Virus record (IMG/VR): IMGVR_UViG_3300010399_000008
Location: 501-64,500 of that record
Source: a virus
Taxonomy: Duplodnaviria > Caudoviricetes
DNA length: 64,000 nucleotides
Reading direction: 5' to 3' (one strand)
A program made the translations under genes and the position numbers. The first letter of the stretch is position 1; the number at the start of each line of letters is the position of its first letter. Below are positions 27,488 through 39,518 of this stretch, in pieces. Under the pieces are notes generated by a model, which saw nothing but the letters and a program-made list of their open reading frames with translations, had not been told where the DNA came from and did not search any database.

Positions 27488-28401
27488 GCGTTCCATTACC
27501 AAATCATCCGAACTTCAAGAATCTTACCGGTCAACGCTTTGGCCGGTTGGTCGTTGTCGAATTCGCAGGAAGGGTGCCTGCCGGACGGCAAACACATTCC
27601 CAGTGGAGGCTGAAGTGTGATTGTGGGAGAGAGCACATCACACTTGGGACTAACCTGAACAACGGTACGTGCAAGAGTTGTGGTTGTCTTGCGGAGGAAT
27701 CTCGCCGTGAATCAAACCGTACACACGGACAACATGGCACTCGGCTTTACACCATTTGGAACGGAATGCGTGAGAGGTGTCACAATGTCAGTGACGACAA
27801 GTCGTACAAGCAATACGGAGCAAAGGGAATAACTGTTTGCGACGAATGGCGGTACTCCTTCGAGGCATTTTACGAATGGTCAATGGCAAATGGTTATCGG
27901 GATGATTTAACCATCGACCGATTCCCACATCGCCAGGGCAACTACGAACCAAGCAACTGCCGCTGGGCAACAATTACGGAGCAGGCTCGCAACAAAGATT
28001 CTGTGATTGTCATTACTGCGTTCGGCGAATCGAAGACCGCGATTGAATGGGCGCAAGATCCAAGGTCGGTTGTCGGGCAAGGTACGATCCGCGGACGAGT
28101 CAATAAAGGCTGGGATCATGAGAAGGCGATAACGACGCCGACGAAGATTCCCGCATTCAACCTGGATCACATCACCGCGTTTGGTGAAACAAAGTCGATG
28201 GCCGAGTGGTCGCGTGATCCCCGGTGCGTTCCGAACTACCGGGCGCTTGTGAAACGCATTAGACGCGGATTCACACCGGAACAGGCAATAACTCTGCCTC
28301 TGTCGTCCGGTCATCTATACGAGAAGGCTTTTGGTGTCAGTGACCGAAAGTCGGCTGTTGTGTTGGCTAAAGGCAGCGGAATTGAGAGAGGGACATCGTG
28401 A
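27484..28401 (+). CDS. HNH-like (homing-type) endonuclease with duplicated C-terminal DNA-binding module
   Basis: LTGQRFGRLVV, CDCG, KSCGC, RLY.IW..M..RC, YGAKGITVC.EW, TIDR...GNYEPSNCRWAT; ITAFGE.K...EW..DPR twice. Confidence 0.85.
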   Translation: MSVPLPNHPNFKNLTGQRFGRLVVVEFAGRVPAGRQTHSQWRLKCDCGREHITLGTNLNNGTCKSCGCLAEESRRESNRTHGQHGTRLYTIWNGMRERCHNVSDDKSYKQYGAKGITVCDEWRYSFEAFYEWSMANGYRDDLTIDRFPHRQGNYEPSNCRWATITEQARNKDSVIVITAFGESKTAIEWAQDPRSVVGQGTIRGRVNKGWDHEKAITTPTKIPAFNLDHITAFGETKSMAEWSRDPRCVPNYRALVKRIRRGFTPEQAITLPLSSGHLYEKAFGVSDRKSAVVLAKGSGIERGTS

Positions 28402-28808
28402 CTAAATCACTACGCTTGCCGTCACCGTGTCCACAAGTCGAGTTACCGAAGACGGTATTCGAGTCGAGTGAGTTCGATCAATTGGTGGAGTACCTATGAG
28501 CAATTCTTTACGAGGTCGCTTTTACTGGGGTAGTGCGTATCGTGACTTTCGTGGCGCCAAAGGCGGACCAGATGACTGCGAGTTGTTGGTTGATGGTGTC
28601 GTGACTTCAGAACCCGTTGACTTCGTGGATACCGAAGCTGGGATGTATCGAGTCCTCGACAAAGAAAGTGACGGTTCATTCCGTCTCACGCGAGACCTGT
28701 CTGAAATTTCGAGGACGGTGAAGGCCGGGAAGTTGGAGTTGAGGAAGCGATGCGAGAAGTAGTGGGACCATAACTATTTAGATCAACAAAGTCGACAAGG
28801 AGCAGGAC

Positions 28809-29024
28809 GTGTCAAAAGAGTCGAGCGCTGGTAGTGGCGGGATTGGATTCACTGGCCTGCTGACCATTGTCTTCATCACGCTCAAGTTGTGCGGGGTGAT
28901 TAACTGGTCGTGGTGGTGGGTGCTCGCACCAATCTGGATCACGGTTGGAATCCTGCTCGCCATCGTTGCATTTTGTTTTGTAATGGCGGCGGTCAATGGA
29001 GAGTTTAGTCGGCAGCGACGGTGA
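28809..29024 (+). CDS. Two-TM membrane protein
   Basis: GIGF.GLLTIVFI.LKL.G.I.WSWWWVL.PIW, a common phage small membrane family. Confidence 0.75.
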   Translation: MSKESSAGSGGIGFTGLLTIVFITLKLCGVINWSWWWVLAPIWITVGILLAIVAFCFVMAAVNGEFSRQRR

Positions 29025-29061
29025 ACATCGGTGCTATCACAAAAGTAGATAGGTGATTTCG

Positions 29062-29553
29062 ATGGATCAAATATCGCAGCGACCGCCGATGGGGCGCCCG
29101 AAGAAACCAGACAAAATCGACCGACCAGAAACGCTCTACGTTCGCTTATCGCGTTGGGAGAAGTTGGAGATCCTCAAAGGCGCCAAAGGCAGCAGCGTTG
29201 TCGAGTGGTGCCGCAGGACGCTATTAGGCGCGGCTGGGCGCCATAAGGCGCAGTCAGATGAAATCGGAAGGCTGTCGGCGGCTGTCGAGTTTTACAAGAA
29301 CGCTTTCCAGCAGAGTCGGTCGCAGGGTGGTGAATGTCCAAAACCCGATATGGTTCCTGCCAGGATCCGCTTGCCAATTCGAATTGCAGGTGACTGGCCG
29401 ATTGGACACGACACCCAAGTTGGTCCTGGCGATTTCGATTGTGAATGCAACCAGTACGGAGCGATCAGCGTTAAGGCAGAGAACGGAGAGTTGCTCGGGG
29501 TGATGTTATACGAGTGTGACATTTTGGAGTGGAAGCCAAACGACAAGCTGTAA
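29062..29553 (+). CDS. Protein with N-terminal GRP/RHH-like DNA-binding region
   Basis: MGRPKK...LYVRLS..EK...EW.R..LL resembles the protein at 26561-26743. Confidence 0.5.
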   Translation: MDQISQRPPMGRPKKPDKIDRPETLYVRLSRWEKLEILKGAKGSSVVEWCRRTLLGAAGRHKAQSDEIGRLSAAVEFYKNAFQQSRSQGGECPKPDMVPARIRLPIRIAGDWPIGHDTQVGPGDFDCECNQYGAISVKAENGELLGVMLYECDILEWKPNDKL

Positions 29554-29587
29554 ACAGCGATGGCATTCATAGATACCAAAAGGACTT

Positions 29588-29944
29588 GTGATGATTACTC
29601 AGAAAACCGCAGCCGACATCTGGCACTGTTACCGTGAGATTTCGGCATCCGAAAAGTTGCTGGCGGATATGGCGAAAGAAAAAAAGAACAACCGAGACGA
29701 TCAGCACTCACCGAGCCTGCGCGATGCTTTCGGCCGGCGGCGATGCTTACAACTCGGAGTTCCTTCCGGCGAAGACGGGCATCGGCTATTCCAAGTCGCT
29801 GAGGATCTAGCAGAGTCAGTCATCCGCGCACATATCGCTAAAAAGCGAGCGGAACTTGTCGAGACAAACGAACGAGCCCGGATCGAACTGGACACACCGG
29901 AAGCTGTCGCAGCGGCCGTTCCCGATAGCGAAGGAGACGAGTGA
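29588..29944 (+). CDS. Hypothetical phage protein
   Basis: 118 aa, AAGGA SD. Confidence 0.6.
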   Translation: MMITQKTAADIWHCYREISASEKLLADMAKEKKNNRDDQHSPSLRDAFGRRRCLQLGVPSGEDGHRLFQVAEDLAESVIRAHIAKKRAELVETNERARIELDTPEAVAAAVPDSEGDE

Positions 29945-30222
29945 TGGCAAAGGCACGCTGGAAGGTGATCGTTGAATTTACTGGTGATGATGGTGAGGGC
30001 GATGGCGAGGACACGACGGTCGTTTCGCAAACTGGCAGTTGTGATACATGCGAAACACAGGAGCCGCGAGCTGTAAACGAACTGGTCGCGATCACGATGC
30101 ACTTTGTATTGCGAGCCTTGATGGAAAGCGGCGAAATGGTATGTCCGTCATCAATGGCAGGATCGATCCAAGCATTTGGCGACTGAGTGCAGAGTTGATA
30201 CGCATCGGTACTTGGAGATGAC

Positions 30223-30666
30223 ATGAAAAATAATCTAACGACAAACGATCCGATTGGATGGTACGAGTGCCGTTTTCTGAAAAACCCGCCAGAATTTCGA
30301 GTCGCTCGCTGGTGGGACGGCAGTCACCTGTTCTCAACACCGCATTACTCCAACACGAGTTGCGACAGTCGGGAGTACACGGAGTTTGTGCCACTGCTGG
30401 CGACGGACGGCGATGACGAACCGGATACTCGCACGAACCGCGATAAGGCTTCTGCGATCGTCTCATGGCTTGGGGATCAGAAATACGGTGGCGCGCCGCT
30501 GCTGCACGCCATTGTGTGCTGTGACTACGCGAGCCAACAACATTTGATTGATGCGGTTGCCAGGATCATTCAGGACGGCACGGTGTATTGCCACGAATGC
30601 AGCAAGGCAGGTAGTGCAGACCGGGCTATCTATCACGAGCCGCCGATTTGTAAACAGGGAATCTAA
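30223..30666 (+). CDS. Hypothetical protein
   Basis: 147 aa, GGAG SD. Confidence 0.55.
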   Translation: MKNNLTTNDPIGWYECRFLKNPPEFRVARWWDGSHLFSTPHYSNTSCDSREYTEFVPLLATDGDDEPDTRTNRDKASAIVSWLGDQKYGGAPLLHAIVCCDYASQQHLIDAVARIIQDGTVYCHECSKAGSADRAIYHEPPICKQGI

Positions 30667-32345
30667 TCCGCCAGAAGTTACCAGGAGTGAGAAATGGCGA
30701 AGCCGAAGACATCAATATCTCAACGGTTGCGGAACTTGAAGCAGCGAGAGCGTGAACTCGAAAACCAAATTAGGGACTCGCGGATTCGAGGCGTGATCTC
30801 GATCCTACAGACAGCAATTCACCACGTTGAGGATTTGCGCGGTTTTGTGCCAAGTAACCGCATTAACGATTGCGTCAAAATCAAGCGACTGATCGCAGAC
30901 TTAGAGAGTGACCTGCTGCGCACCGAACGCAAAGGAAGATCCCGGTGAAACAGATATTTCCGAGAGCGAACGACCAGGACCACGCCGGAGGCTGGACGAT
31001 TGACACTGAGTTTTTGAGCACGATCAAAGATTCGTCAGAGGATATTCCGTGTATGGAAGTTGTCGAGGCAGTGCTGCTGGAGGCGGAAAAGCTAATCGGA
31101 GCCACGCCATGATCGACCTGAAGGAAGCCAAGACAGCCTCATTTCGCCTGCGTTGGTGGGCGGAACACGGAGGCGCTGATGCTCCCGAGGAATTCAAGCA
31201 GTTCGCACGCCTGATAGATGCGATGGCGGAGGAACTGGTGCGGCTGCGAGAAGCACTGCGGATGCTGAAAGAATATCAAGAGACGCGAAACAGCGCGACG
31301 GACGGGAAGACATGAACGACCTGGAAGGCATTGAGGAGCGAATCGACTGGATGAAGACCGCCGAGATGCGTGGGGCGTTCAAGGAGGTGGTGAGTCGTTG
31401 GAAATGGTGCGAGGAAAATCCGCACGCGGCGGCCAGCGTGTTTCTTCAGGTGTCGTACAACGGCGGAAGTGCGGCGGATCTGATCGATTCAAAGCGAGCC
31501 AGCGAAGTCGGAGGACGGTGATGACAGCTCAATGGACAGCAGATTGCCGGGGCTTGTTCGATGGGAACGAGACCGACGATGGCTCAATGGCTTGGCGCGT
31601 TGGCATTCGCGCCTTCCGAACAAGTTTCACAATTCAATTTGGTAGACGTGTTGACGCGGAGCGAGCTGCAGCGTGGCTCAATGCAAATGTGCCGCTTCCC
31701 AGTACATGCACAAGAGTGGAGCAGGCGCGCGAGATTATCGAGGCGAGATTTCCAAACAGACAAGAACTGCACCGGCGAATTATTGCAGAGTGCTGCGCGT
31801 GGTAGCGATGCATCCACTAGTTGGACCATGACTTAGGAGATCAAGGTAGTCGAGTATGACGCCTGAAGAACAAATCAAAAAACTCCGTAGCGAGCTGGCC
31901 GGAAGGAATCGTGAGAACCACGAAATGCGCGAGGCATTGATTGATTACTACGTGGCCGAAACTGAGTACGAGTTGCTCGGCTCGCCGGCACGTTACGGCA
32001 AGTACGACTTGGCATCAAAGGCCCTGATTGCATTGGCGAGGCGGCTGGCCGAACAGAAGCAAAAGACCAAGCGACCAGCGAAAGCGAAGTCCCTGTTCTC
32101 ATGAAAGGCGAGTGGAAAAAATGCCGCGACTGCGACGAACAGGTTTGGATAGTCGAGCCGGACGAGGAGCCGCTGTGCCCGGAGCATTACCAAGCCGAGC
32201 ACTTCGACGACGACGGAACGATGGACATGCGGGACGATCCGCTGCCAGGACAGAAATGGTTTGCCCAGTTTGACGAGAGATAGGTGATTGGTTAACTCGT
32301 CTAGCAGGTTAACCAGGAAGGACATTTTGAGAGGAATTGTCAACC

Positions 32346-32882
32346 ATGAGCGAGTTGAGTCCCAAAGCCATCGACTACGAATTGAGCGTTCGAGATTCCA
32401 AGGAATTGCTTGGGGTCGTTTTGCTTCCACACGAGATCCGTCTGAAGGTGCTAGAAAACTACCGTAAAGAACACGGCAGCCAGGCTCTAGCGAATCTCTT
32501 TTCGCAGTTCATTGGATTGGCTAATTCAGTGGTGGCCAATTCGCACGACGCGATTGAGTTGTTTCTGATCGTCGAGAAAGACGAGCATCCGTACCAAGCG
32601 GAGAAGATGAACTGGCCGACAATCTTCGGCGCCCTGAACGGCGTGAAGTTGGCGAAGGGTGTTAATCAGGAAAAGACGTGTCATGGTTGCGCGTGCCGGC
32701 TGGGGTCGCTGGCCAATCAATCGCCATCGACTACGTGCGATGTTGAATGGTGCTTAGGTGACGACGATAAGTTTTGGTGCCACGAAGAATTTGACGACGA
32801 CGGGAAGCCCACAAAAAAGTGCATCGGGTTTCAGACTCTTATTGCGGCCCGTGACTTGGCCGAGTCCCACAGTCCCGAGTAG
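32346..32882 (+). CDS. Hypothetical Cys-rich protein
   Basis: CHGCACR.GS.AN...F.CH...C.GF motif. Confidence 0.6.
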   Translation: MSELSPKAIDYELSVRDSKELLGVVLLPHEIRLKVLENYRKEHGSQALANLFSQFIGLANSVVANSHDAIELFLIVEKDEHPYQAEKMNWPTIFGALNGVKLAKGVNQEKTCHGCACRLGSLANQSPSTTCDVEWCLGDDDKFWCHEEFDDDGKPTKKCIGFQTLIAARDLAESHSPE

Positions 32883-32914
32883 AAGCTGCGCAGGGAGAAA
32901 AATAGGTGGAGACC

Positions 32915-33304
32915 ATGAACAAAAAAGAGGAATTGCAGCAAACCATTGTCACCGCACGATATGAGCTGCACGAAATCGAATGTCAAGAACGACTGGTTCA
33001 GGCAAAGCCTTTAATTGGCAAGTGCTACAAGTACCACAATTGTTACTCGTGCCCAAAGGATGCGAGCGATTGGTGGTGGTTGTACGTCAGGGTCATTGGT
33101 GTCAACGAACTCGGATGGCCTCGACTGCAGACGTTTCAAATCGACAAGAACGGCGATGTGTCTCTGCAGGTCAACCAGGAGCGCTGCAGCATGAGCAGTT
33201 ACATCGAGATTGAGCAAGACGAATACGACTCAGCGTGGGCCAAGATCGAGGAAGAGTTTGAGAGATTCAAAAACCGACTGCCCACGGCAGTACCGACCGA
33301 GTGA
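32915..33304 (+). CDS. Hypothetical protein
   Basis: 129 aa, GGAG SD. Confidence 0.6.
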   Translation: MNKKEELQQTIVTARYELHEIECQERLVQAKPLIGKCYKYHNCYSCPKDASDWWWLYVRVIGVNELGWPRLQTFQIDKNGDVSLQVNQERCSMSSYIEIEQDEYDSAWAKIEEEFERFKNRLPTAVPTE

Positions 33305-33898
33305 GACGGTGGAGCTATGACATTCTTCGCAATTTACGACTTTGACAGAAAACGCTGGCTTCGCGGTGCGAGGTATTGGATGTGGACGCGGTTCATGAAC
33401 TTCGCCGCCCAACATGACGAGCCAAACGTGCTGCAGCATTACTTGATTCCAACGATCACGCTGCGATGGCCTTCGAGTCGCGTAGTGAGAGTATCGATTG
33501 TAAGTGTCGATACGCGGCTCCCCAGCCAATTGGACCAAGAGTTGGCTGACGTTCGCAAGCTACTGGACTATCAAACAACACTGCGAGCAAACGGACTCGG
33601 GTGAAATGATCAGGGTGCCGGGTCGCGGCAAGAGGGACCGAACCGCGGCCCGGCCCAGCGTACAAGGCAAGGGTGAGAACGATGGCACAGATATCGAGCG
33701 AAAACATTGTCAGGCTGAAGTATCACTACTCAACACCAGCGAACGAAACCGAGGCAAGGGATCGATTCATTGAAGCAGACAGCAAACTCAGGGAATACAT
33801 TGCGGCTGCGATTAAGAAATTCCAAGACGAAGTGAAGTTGGACAAAGATTTCACCGTCACGTTTCGCGGGTAACTATGGAGAAGATCGGAGAAAAACC

Positions 33899-34342
33899 AT
33901 GAGAATTAGAGACGGCGAGATCATCTTCGGCAGCGTTTACTCTCGCGAGCTGTGTATTCGCTGGCACATGCCTTTCCAATTCGTCACTTGGTGCGATGGA
34001 ACCTTCCGATTCTCGTGGCGGCGGTTTTTTAACCCTGTCGTCTGGTGGCGAAACGTATTCAGAAAAAGCAGTTGGGATTTGTGGTGGCGTTACTACCGAG
34101 ATGGTTCGCACCGCTGTTACTGTCCGACCGGGAGCATGTTCGACGGCAACGTGACTGTGGCTGGATTCGGGCTTGGTTGGTTCTACTCGAACTTCACCGG
34201 CCAGAATCCATGCCCGTGTGATATGGCAATGGCTGAGACGTTCGGCTGCTCAGACTGCGGCGAGTTGGCCCCGATAGTGCCTGGCACGACGCAATGCCAA
34301 GCGTGTCACGATTGGACACCGGAGACCGCCAATGAGCACTAA
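33899..34342 (+). CDS. Hypothetical Trp/Cys-rich protein
   Basis: 147 aa, GGAG SD. Confidence 0.5.
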   Translation: MRIRDGEIIFGSVYSRELCIRWHMPFQFVTWCDGTFRFSWRRFFNPVVWWRNVFRKSSWDLWWRYYRDGSHRCYCPTGSMFDGNVTVAGFGLGWFYSNFTGQNPCPCDMAMAETFGCSDCGELAPIVPGTTQCQACHDWTPETANEH

Positions 34343-35972
34343 CACATTCACCACGCCGGACGGCGAGCCGAAGGAGATGCTTCGAATCTGGCTCAAGTGG
34401 TATTTGTACAACGGAGATGTCGATGAGCACCGCTGAAATAAAGCAGGCTGTTCGGCAAGCCATCAACCAAGCCGCCGACTACATCCACGACGCAACCCGC
34501 TGGGATCAACGAGACGAAGCTGACGAAAACGGATTGACGCCAATGGATCGTCTAGTTGAGAGGATCGACAAGATTTATCAACGGAGCATGCGACCACATG
34601 ACCCAAGCTGAACTACGAGATGACGAGCCGATCACTGAGGACTGGTGGATGACAGAGTTCGGCGGTGCGTTTGTGGAGATTGACAGCCTATTCAATCTAT
34701 GGCGTCGATCGGCCGATGGAGTTGTCGTGCTCGATGGCGAGTCTGCTGGTCGAGGGGCCCCGGTGTATACGCGCGAGACAACGTGCCGGACTCGCGGCGA
34801 TGTTCGGCGATTGCTGGAATTGTTGGGCTACAAATACTCAGGTCAACGGTGATTTTTTTTGAAAGGGAAACTCATGTCTTACGGACAAACAGCAAGCGGA
34901 CCACCAGTCATGCGAGACACATGCGTATCTGCAAAGCGGGAATCGCAGATAAGCGTAGCAATGCAACGACTTGAGCATCTCGTAGAAGAGTGCGAAGCCG
35001 GCCTGAAAGGTCTGAACGATCGGTTTGGCGCAGTTTTGAACCAAGAGCCAAGACCGGCAGCAGGGGAACTTAAAAACTCCGAGAACGGTCACTGCGACTT
35101 AGCGTCAGCGATCCATTCATCTTGTCGGCGGCTGGAGAATGTTACGTCTGGAATGAGGGAATTGGTGGAGCGTTGCGAAGTTTAGCAGCGAGTCGAGCAA
35201 AAGCTGATTTGAAATGTGCAAACAGTGCGACGATTTGGCGAAAAAATATTACCCGAGCCTATCTGCTTCGGAGCGGTTTGAGCTTCTCATGGGCGCGACG
35301 TGCTTTCCGGCTGGTGGTCCAGACATGATCGAACCTCAGTTGATCGACCTAATCGCCAACACGGACGGAACGCTTGGAGCTGCACTGGCATATGCCGACA
35401 CGGAACTGACGCAGGCAATGGATTTATTTAGGTATCGAGAGAATCAACAACCAATAGCGATCGTTGAATGTGGCGCTGGGATTTAGCAAATGACACGAAA
35501 ACAAGCACAGCGATTTTGCGATGAGGTTAATGGGTTCAAGTCGCACTATATGGCTGATGTGGTGGATATCACAAACCGACACTTGCCCGGTGGTGGCTGC
35601 GCGTTGGTTGTCCACCATCGCCCGAGCGGTAACGAAGTTGGGTATGCAACAACGGCCGACGAAGCCAGATACATGGTCGACGGAATTCGTCGTCGAGTGC
35701 CGGCAAAGTCCTAGCAGAACGGTGGAGGCATGAGAACTAAAGATGACCGCGCGGTTGATCCAGGCGACACGGTTTACACCATTCTGGCTGGTGCAATCTG
35801 CGAATTGACGGTGAAAGATTCGATGGCAATGGTCATGCACCACTATTACGGAACACTGCATGCCGCTGCCGACGACTTGATTAAGCAAATTGACGATGAA
35901 ATATCCCGGCTGAACGAGCGGCGGACGATATATGCCAGGATTGTTATTGAGGCGAGACGTGGATTAGGCGAC

Positions 35973-36205
35973 TAGGCACCGTTGCGGAAAGGTGAGCGAT
36001 GAGCGAAACGCCCATTGGTGGATTACCTGAGTTGAAAGTGAATCCGTCGAAGCGGAAAAGTAAATCGCCGAAGTGGATTTGGGGACAAGCCGAGCACAAT
36101 AACAATCCAGCTCCGGTATGCAGTAAGTGCGGTCATGCCGTCGCTTGCAGTTCGATGGACGATCACAAAAAAGAGTGCTGGGTAGGCACCGTTGCGGAAA
36201 GGTGA
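35973..36205 (+). repeat. 23-bp direct repeat flanking a 68-aa ORF (35999-36205)
   Basis: TAGGCACCGTTGCGGAAAGGTGA at 35973-35995 and 36183-36205, each followed by (A)GCGATG. Confidence 0.9.
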
Positions 36206-36957
36206 AGCGATGGACACCAACATAAACCGGCCATCATCGGCATTGATGGGGATCGTAATCGGTCGCGGCGGACTGGACGGAGTTCGTCAGTTAATGATGT
36301 CAGTTGGCAAGCCGAAACGAAACGGTGGAATTTGTGCGTCGTGCTCGTGCCAGATCCCTCCCGGCCGTCCAGGTCGAAAATGTAAGCCTTGTCGCGAGCG
36401 CGAGGCGCGCACCGAGGGACGCATTATGGAAGTTGTCGAGGTCGATTTTGACAAGCAAACGGTGCGGATTACCGAACAGCGTTCGTAACAGAATGTGATT
36501 TGACTGATGGCCAGCATAAGAGCATCCGTTGAAGTAACGATTACCAATCGCGAAGCCGTTAAGGCATTTAGGGAGGCATTTGACACGCTTGGCTATATCT
36601 CAAGAGATCAATCTTGGAATCAGGACTTGCGGACTGTGGTTAAGAAGCTGCGTCGAGCAGCACGCGGGATGAAGGTCAACCTGAAAAGGAAATCGAAGTG
36701 AACAAATTGCTTTGGCACGGTGGTGATTGCGACATTCCGCGAGAGATAGCTGTTTGCCCAGAGTGTGATGCCCAGCTTCACGCGCAGTGCATGGCGTGGA
36801 ATTACGCAACAGGCCGGCCTAGTGATATCGATCTGCATTGCGTGCAGGAGAAGTTCGGCGACGAGGATTTCGGCAACGCTCACTATTGGCGGCAGAGCGA
36901 TTGGCAACCGGTTCGTGACAAGGTTGATAATTGGGCTGGATGTGACAGGAGCATCGC

Positions 36958-37239
36958 ATGACGCCAGCAGAAAAGGTTGCTTCAAAGAAGCCTCTCCGCA
37001 AGCGGAAGCTGACGGGCAATGCGTCCCGCCCGCGGAAGTGGGTGTGCAAGTTACGAGAGAAACGGGAGGCTCTGGGACTGTCGATGCGGGATGTTTCCGA
37101 GAACACCAGCTACACCGTTTCGACTCTGTTCGAGATCGAGAACGGGACAGATCCACAACTTACAACAGCGATGAAGCTGGCAGAGTTCTTCGGTTGCACG
37201 GTAAACGAATTGTGGCCAAGTCGATTAAAGGACAAATAG
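36958..37239 (+). CDS. XRE/Cro-type HTH regulator
   Basis: LRE.RE..GLS...V......STL..IENG..P.L..A.KLA.FFG..V.ELW. Confidence 0.88.
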   Translation: MTPAEKVASKKPLRKRKLTGNASRPRKWVCKLREKREALGLSMRDVSENTSYTVSTLFEIENGTDPQLTTAMKLAEFFGCTVNELWPSRLKDK

Positions 37240-38277
37240 CCATGAATGATTACGAACTGTACATGAAAGCGTTTCGAGCGAACAACGTGGATCTGTGCTT
37301 GCAGATTGAGAAGCGATACCAAGTCGATGGCTACTCACCCAACATTGCGTCGGCGGTCATTCGGCGAGTCGCGGTTGATGGCGACGACCTCGAAGATGTG
37401 TTGCAGGATATCGACAACTATGTTTCGTAGCAGCTTCTAGGTGGGAATATGGCGAAAACAAAAAACAAACTGAGTCTCAGCCCGCAGCACATCGACGGCG
37501 ATACGTGGTATTACGAAGAATCAAAAGGGATTGACGTTGTTCGTCAAGTGCGAAACTCCACGCGCGAGGTCATCGCCACTGAACGATTTATGATCCCTTG
37601 GGAACTGCTTAGAAAATCACTGGCACGAAAAGATTCCAAGTGAACTTCTGGGAGCTTCGATGCAATGGCACTTACAGTCGAAGAAAAGACATTGGTTACG
37701 CGCTGGCTTCGTAACTACCCAGCGGGAATCGATAGCGATTCATGGGGTTATGGGCCGTTCGAGGGAACGCGAGAGGATGATGAGTTTGCCCATGTAGACC
37801 CAGAGGATGTCGCCCCGGAAGTCTGCCGTGAGTTTGGATGACCATCGGTGAAGCTCGCGCTGGTTCGGTGCGAACAACAAAATGCCAATTGGTCTGATTT
37901 TGCGATAGCCGGAACGCACTCAGCACTTTGCGACATCGCGGCGGCGTTGCGTCTGGAGCGAAACGTGTACTGCGATTTACTCAGTGAACAGCCAGCTCAG
38001 TTGGCAGAGATTTTAGGTACAGATCAGGAGTAACTGTGATGGTTGACGGCGGACGAGAATGGGAAGAGGCAGTGAGAGATCTGCCGCGTGCAAAAGACAT
38101 CCCATTACAGCCGAAGGTTGTGACGGTAGTGACTTACCGTTGCCCGAAGTGTGAGACAATTATGGATGACTACGCCGAACGGTGGACTGAACCAGGAAAA
38201 CCGTATCGATGCGAACACTGCCAACAGGCAATCGGAAATTCCTACTAACAGCGAACAAAGACATCGGTGCGCGGACA

Positions 38278-38778
38278 ATGAATCAAGACGGCGTCTTAAA
38301 ACGAATGAATGAAGGATGGATGCTTGATCGTGCTGGCCGCGAAGGCTTGGCAGGGCACTTGTTCACGAAAGGCAAGAAGGGGTATTCGGTGTCCGCGCAT
38401 GTTGTCACGTCTCTGCTATCGAACCGATTGATTGACTGGAATACAAGTATCGACTCGTTCGTGATTACCGCTGCCGGAAAGCGGCAGGTCATTCCAGTCG
38501 ATACGCGACGAGTTGTACTCTGGCAGGCGAAGTCATGGGACCGAGCCATCCGAGATCACAGTGCGTACTCAGATCAGCATTGTTGTTTCTGCGGTCGAGA
38601 AACGAAACCTGACGCAGTGCGGTTACGGGTTGTTCGGACGAACGACGGTGAATGGTGGGTCAAGCCGATTGGCGAGTCAGCATTGCCGGATGAGAAAGAC
38701 TTCGGAGAGTGCCCGCTGCCGATCGGACCGGAATGTTTGCGAAAACACCCGGAGTTCAAAATAGGAATCATCTACTGA
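38278..38778 (+). CDS. Hypothetical protein
   Basis: 166 aa; C..CG and PIGPEC motifs. Confidence 0.55.
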   Translation: MNQDGVLKRMNEGWMLDRAGREGLAGHLFTKGKKGYSVSAHVVTSLLSNRLIDWNTSIDSFVITAAGKRQVIPVDTRRVVLWQAKSWDRAIRDHSAYSDQHCCFCGRETKPDAVRLRVVRTNDGEWWVKPIGESALPDEKDFGECPLPIGPECLRKHPEFKIGIIY

Positions 38779-39050
38779 CTACGACTCTGCTGGGAGGATA
38801 ATCCAGTGGCTTGCAAGTGTATCGAGAAAACTAACGAAGCCTTGAAAGAACACAACGCGGAACTAGATACCTCGTTTAAGTTTAATTTCAAAACAGGCAA
38901 GGCACCGATTGTGCTCCCGGTGGCACTTAGAAAAAGGTCGCCAAGCCGAAAGCCTCTGCCGACGCTAATGGCGACATTCTGTCCGTTTTGCGGCAAGCGG
39001 GTATTGAAGAAGACTCCATACAAGCGATTGCCGAGATTGGCGACCAAGCT

Positions 39051-39518
39051 GTGAGAAGTACATTCGACGAACAAGAAGCCCGTGCGATATGCGTAGACCC
39101 TACGTGGGCCGAATTGCAAAAGCGGCTTCACGCATGCGGACTGCATAAGACCGCGCAAGAGTTAAATAAGGTCACGCAGACAATGGGCTGGGAGTTGGCC
39201 GAAATGGAGAAGACTATGAGCCATACACCTGGTCCGTGGAGAATTGAGCGGCGACACGACGGCGTTCCATTTGGCATCTCGGCACCAGAGACGATGACGA
39301 GCGATACCGATGTTCTGGTGTCGTTCGGTAACAATCCAAATATTGAGTCCAACGCAACGCTGATTGCAGCAGCGCCAGACCTATTGGCAGCTCTGTATGC
39401 TTTTGTGGACCCCAAGCGATGGACGGCCACGACAGACCGCGAGGAGCTGGGCAGGAGGCATGCGGCACATGCTGCCATCGAGAAAGCAACTGGGACACCA
39501 TTCAAATGGTTTGAGTAG
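39051..39518 (+). CDS. Phage protein with HTPGPW...NA.LIAAAPDLL.AL domain
   Basis: Widespread phage motif in the C-terminal part; alternative start at 39216. Confidence 0.65.
   Translation: MRSTFDEQEARAICVDPTWAELQKRLHACGLHKTAQELNKVTQTMGWELAEMEKTMSHTPGPWRIERRHDGVPFGISAPETMTSDTDVLVSFGNNPNIESNATLIAAAPDLLAALYAFVDPKRWTATTDREELGRRHAAHAAIEKATGTPFKWFE

Noticed and set aside
35973-36205. Mini CRISPR array
   Set aside because: Only two repeats, and the 187-bp interval is mostly a gene rather than a spacer
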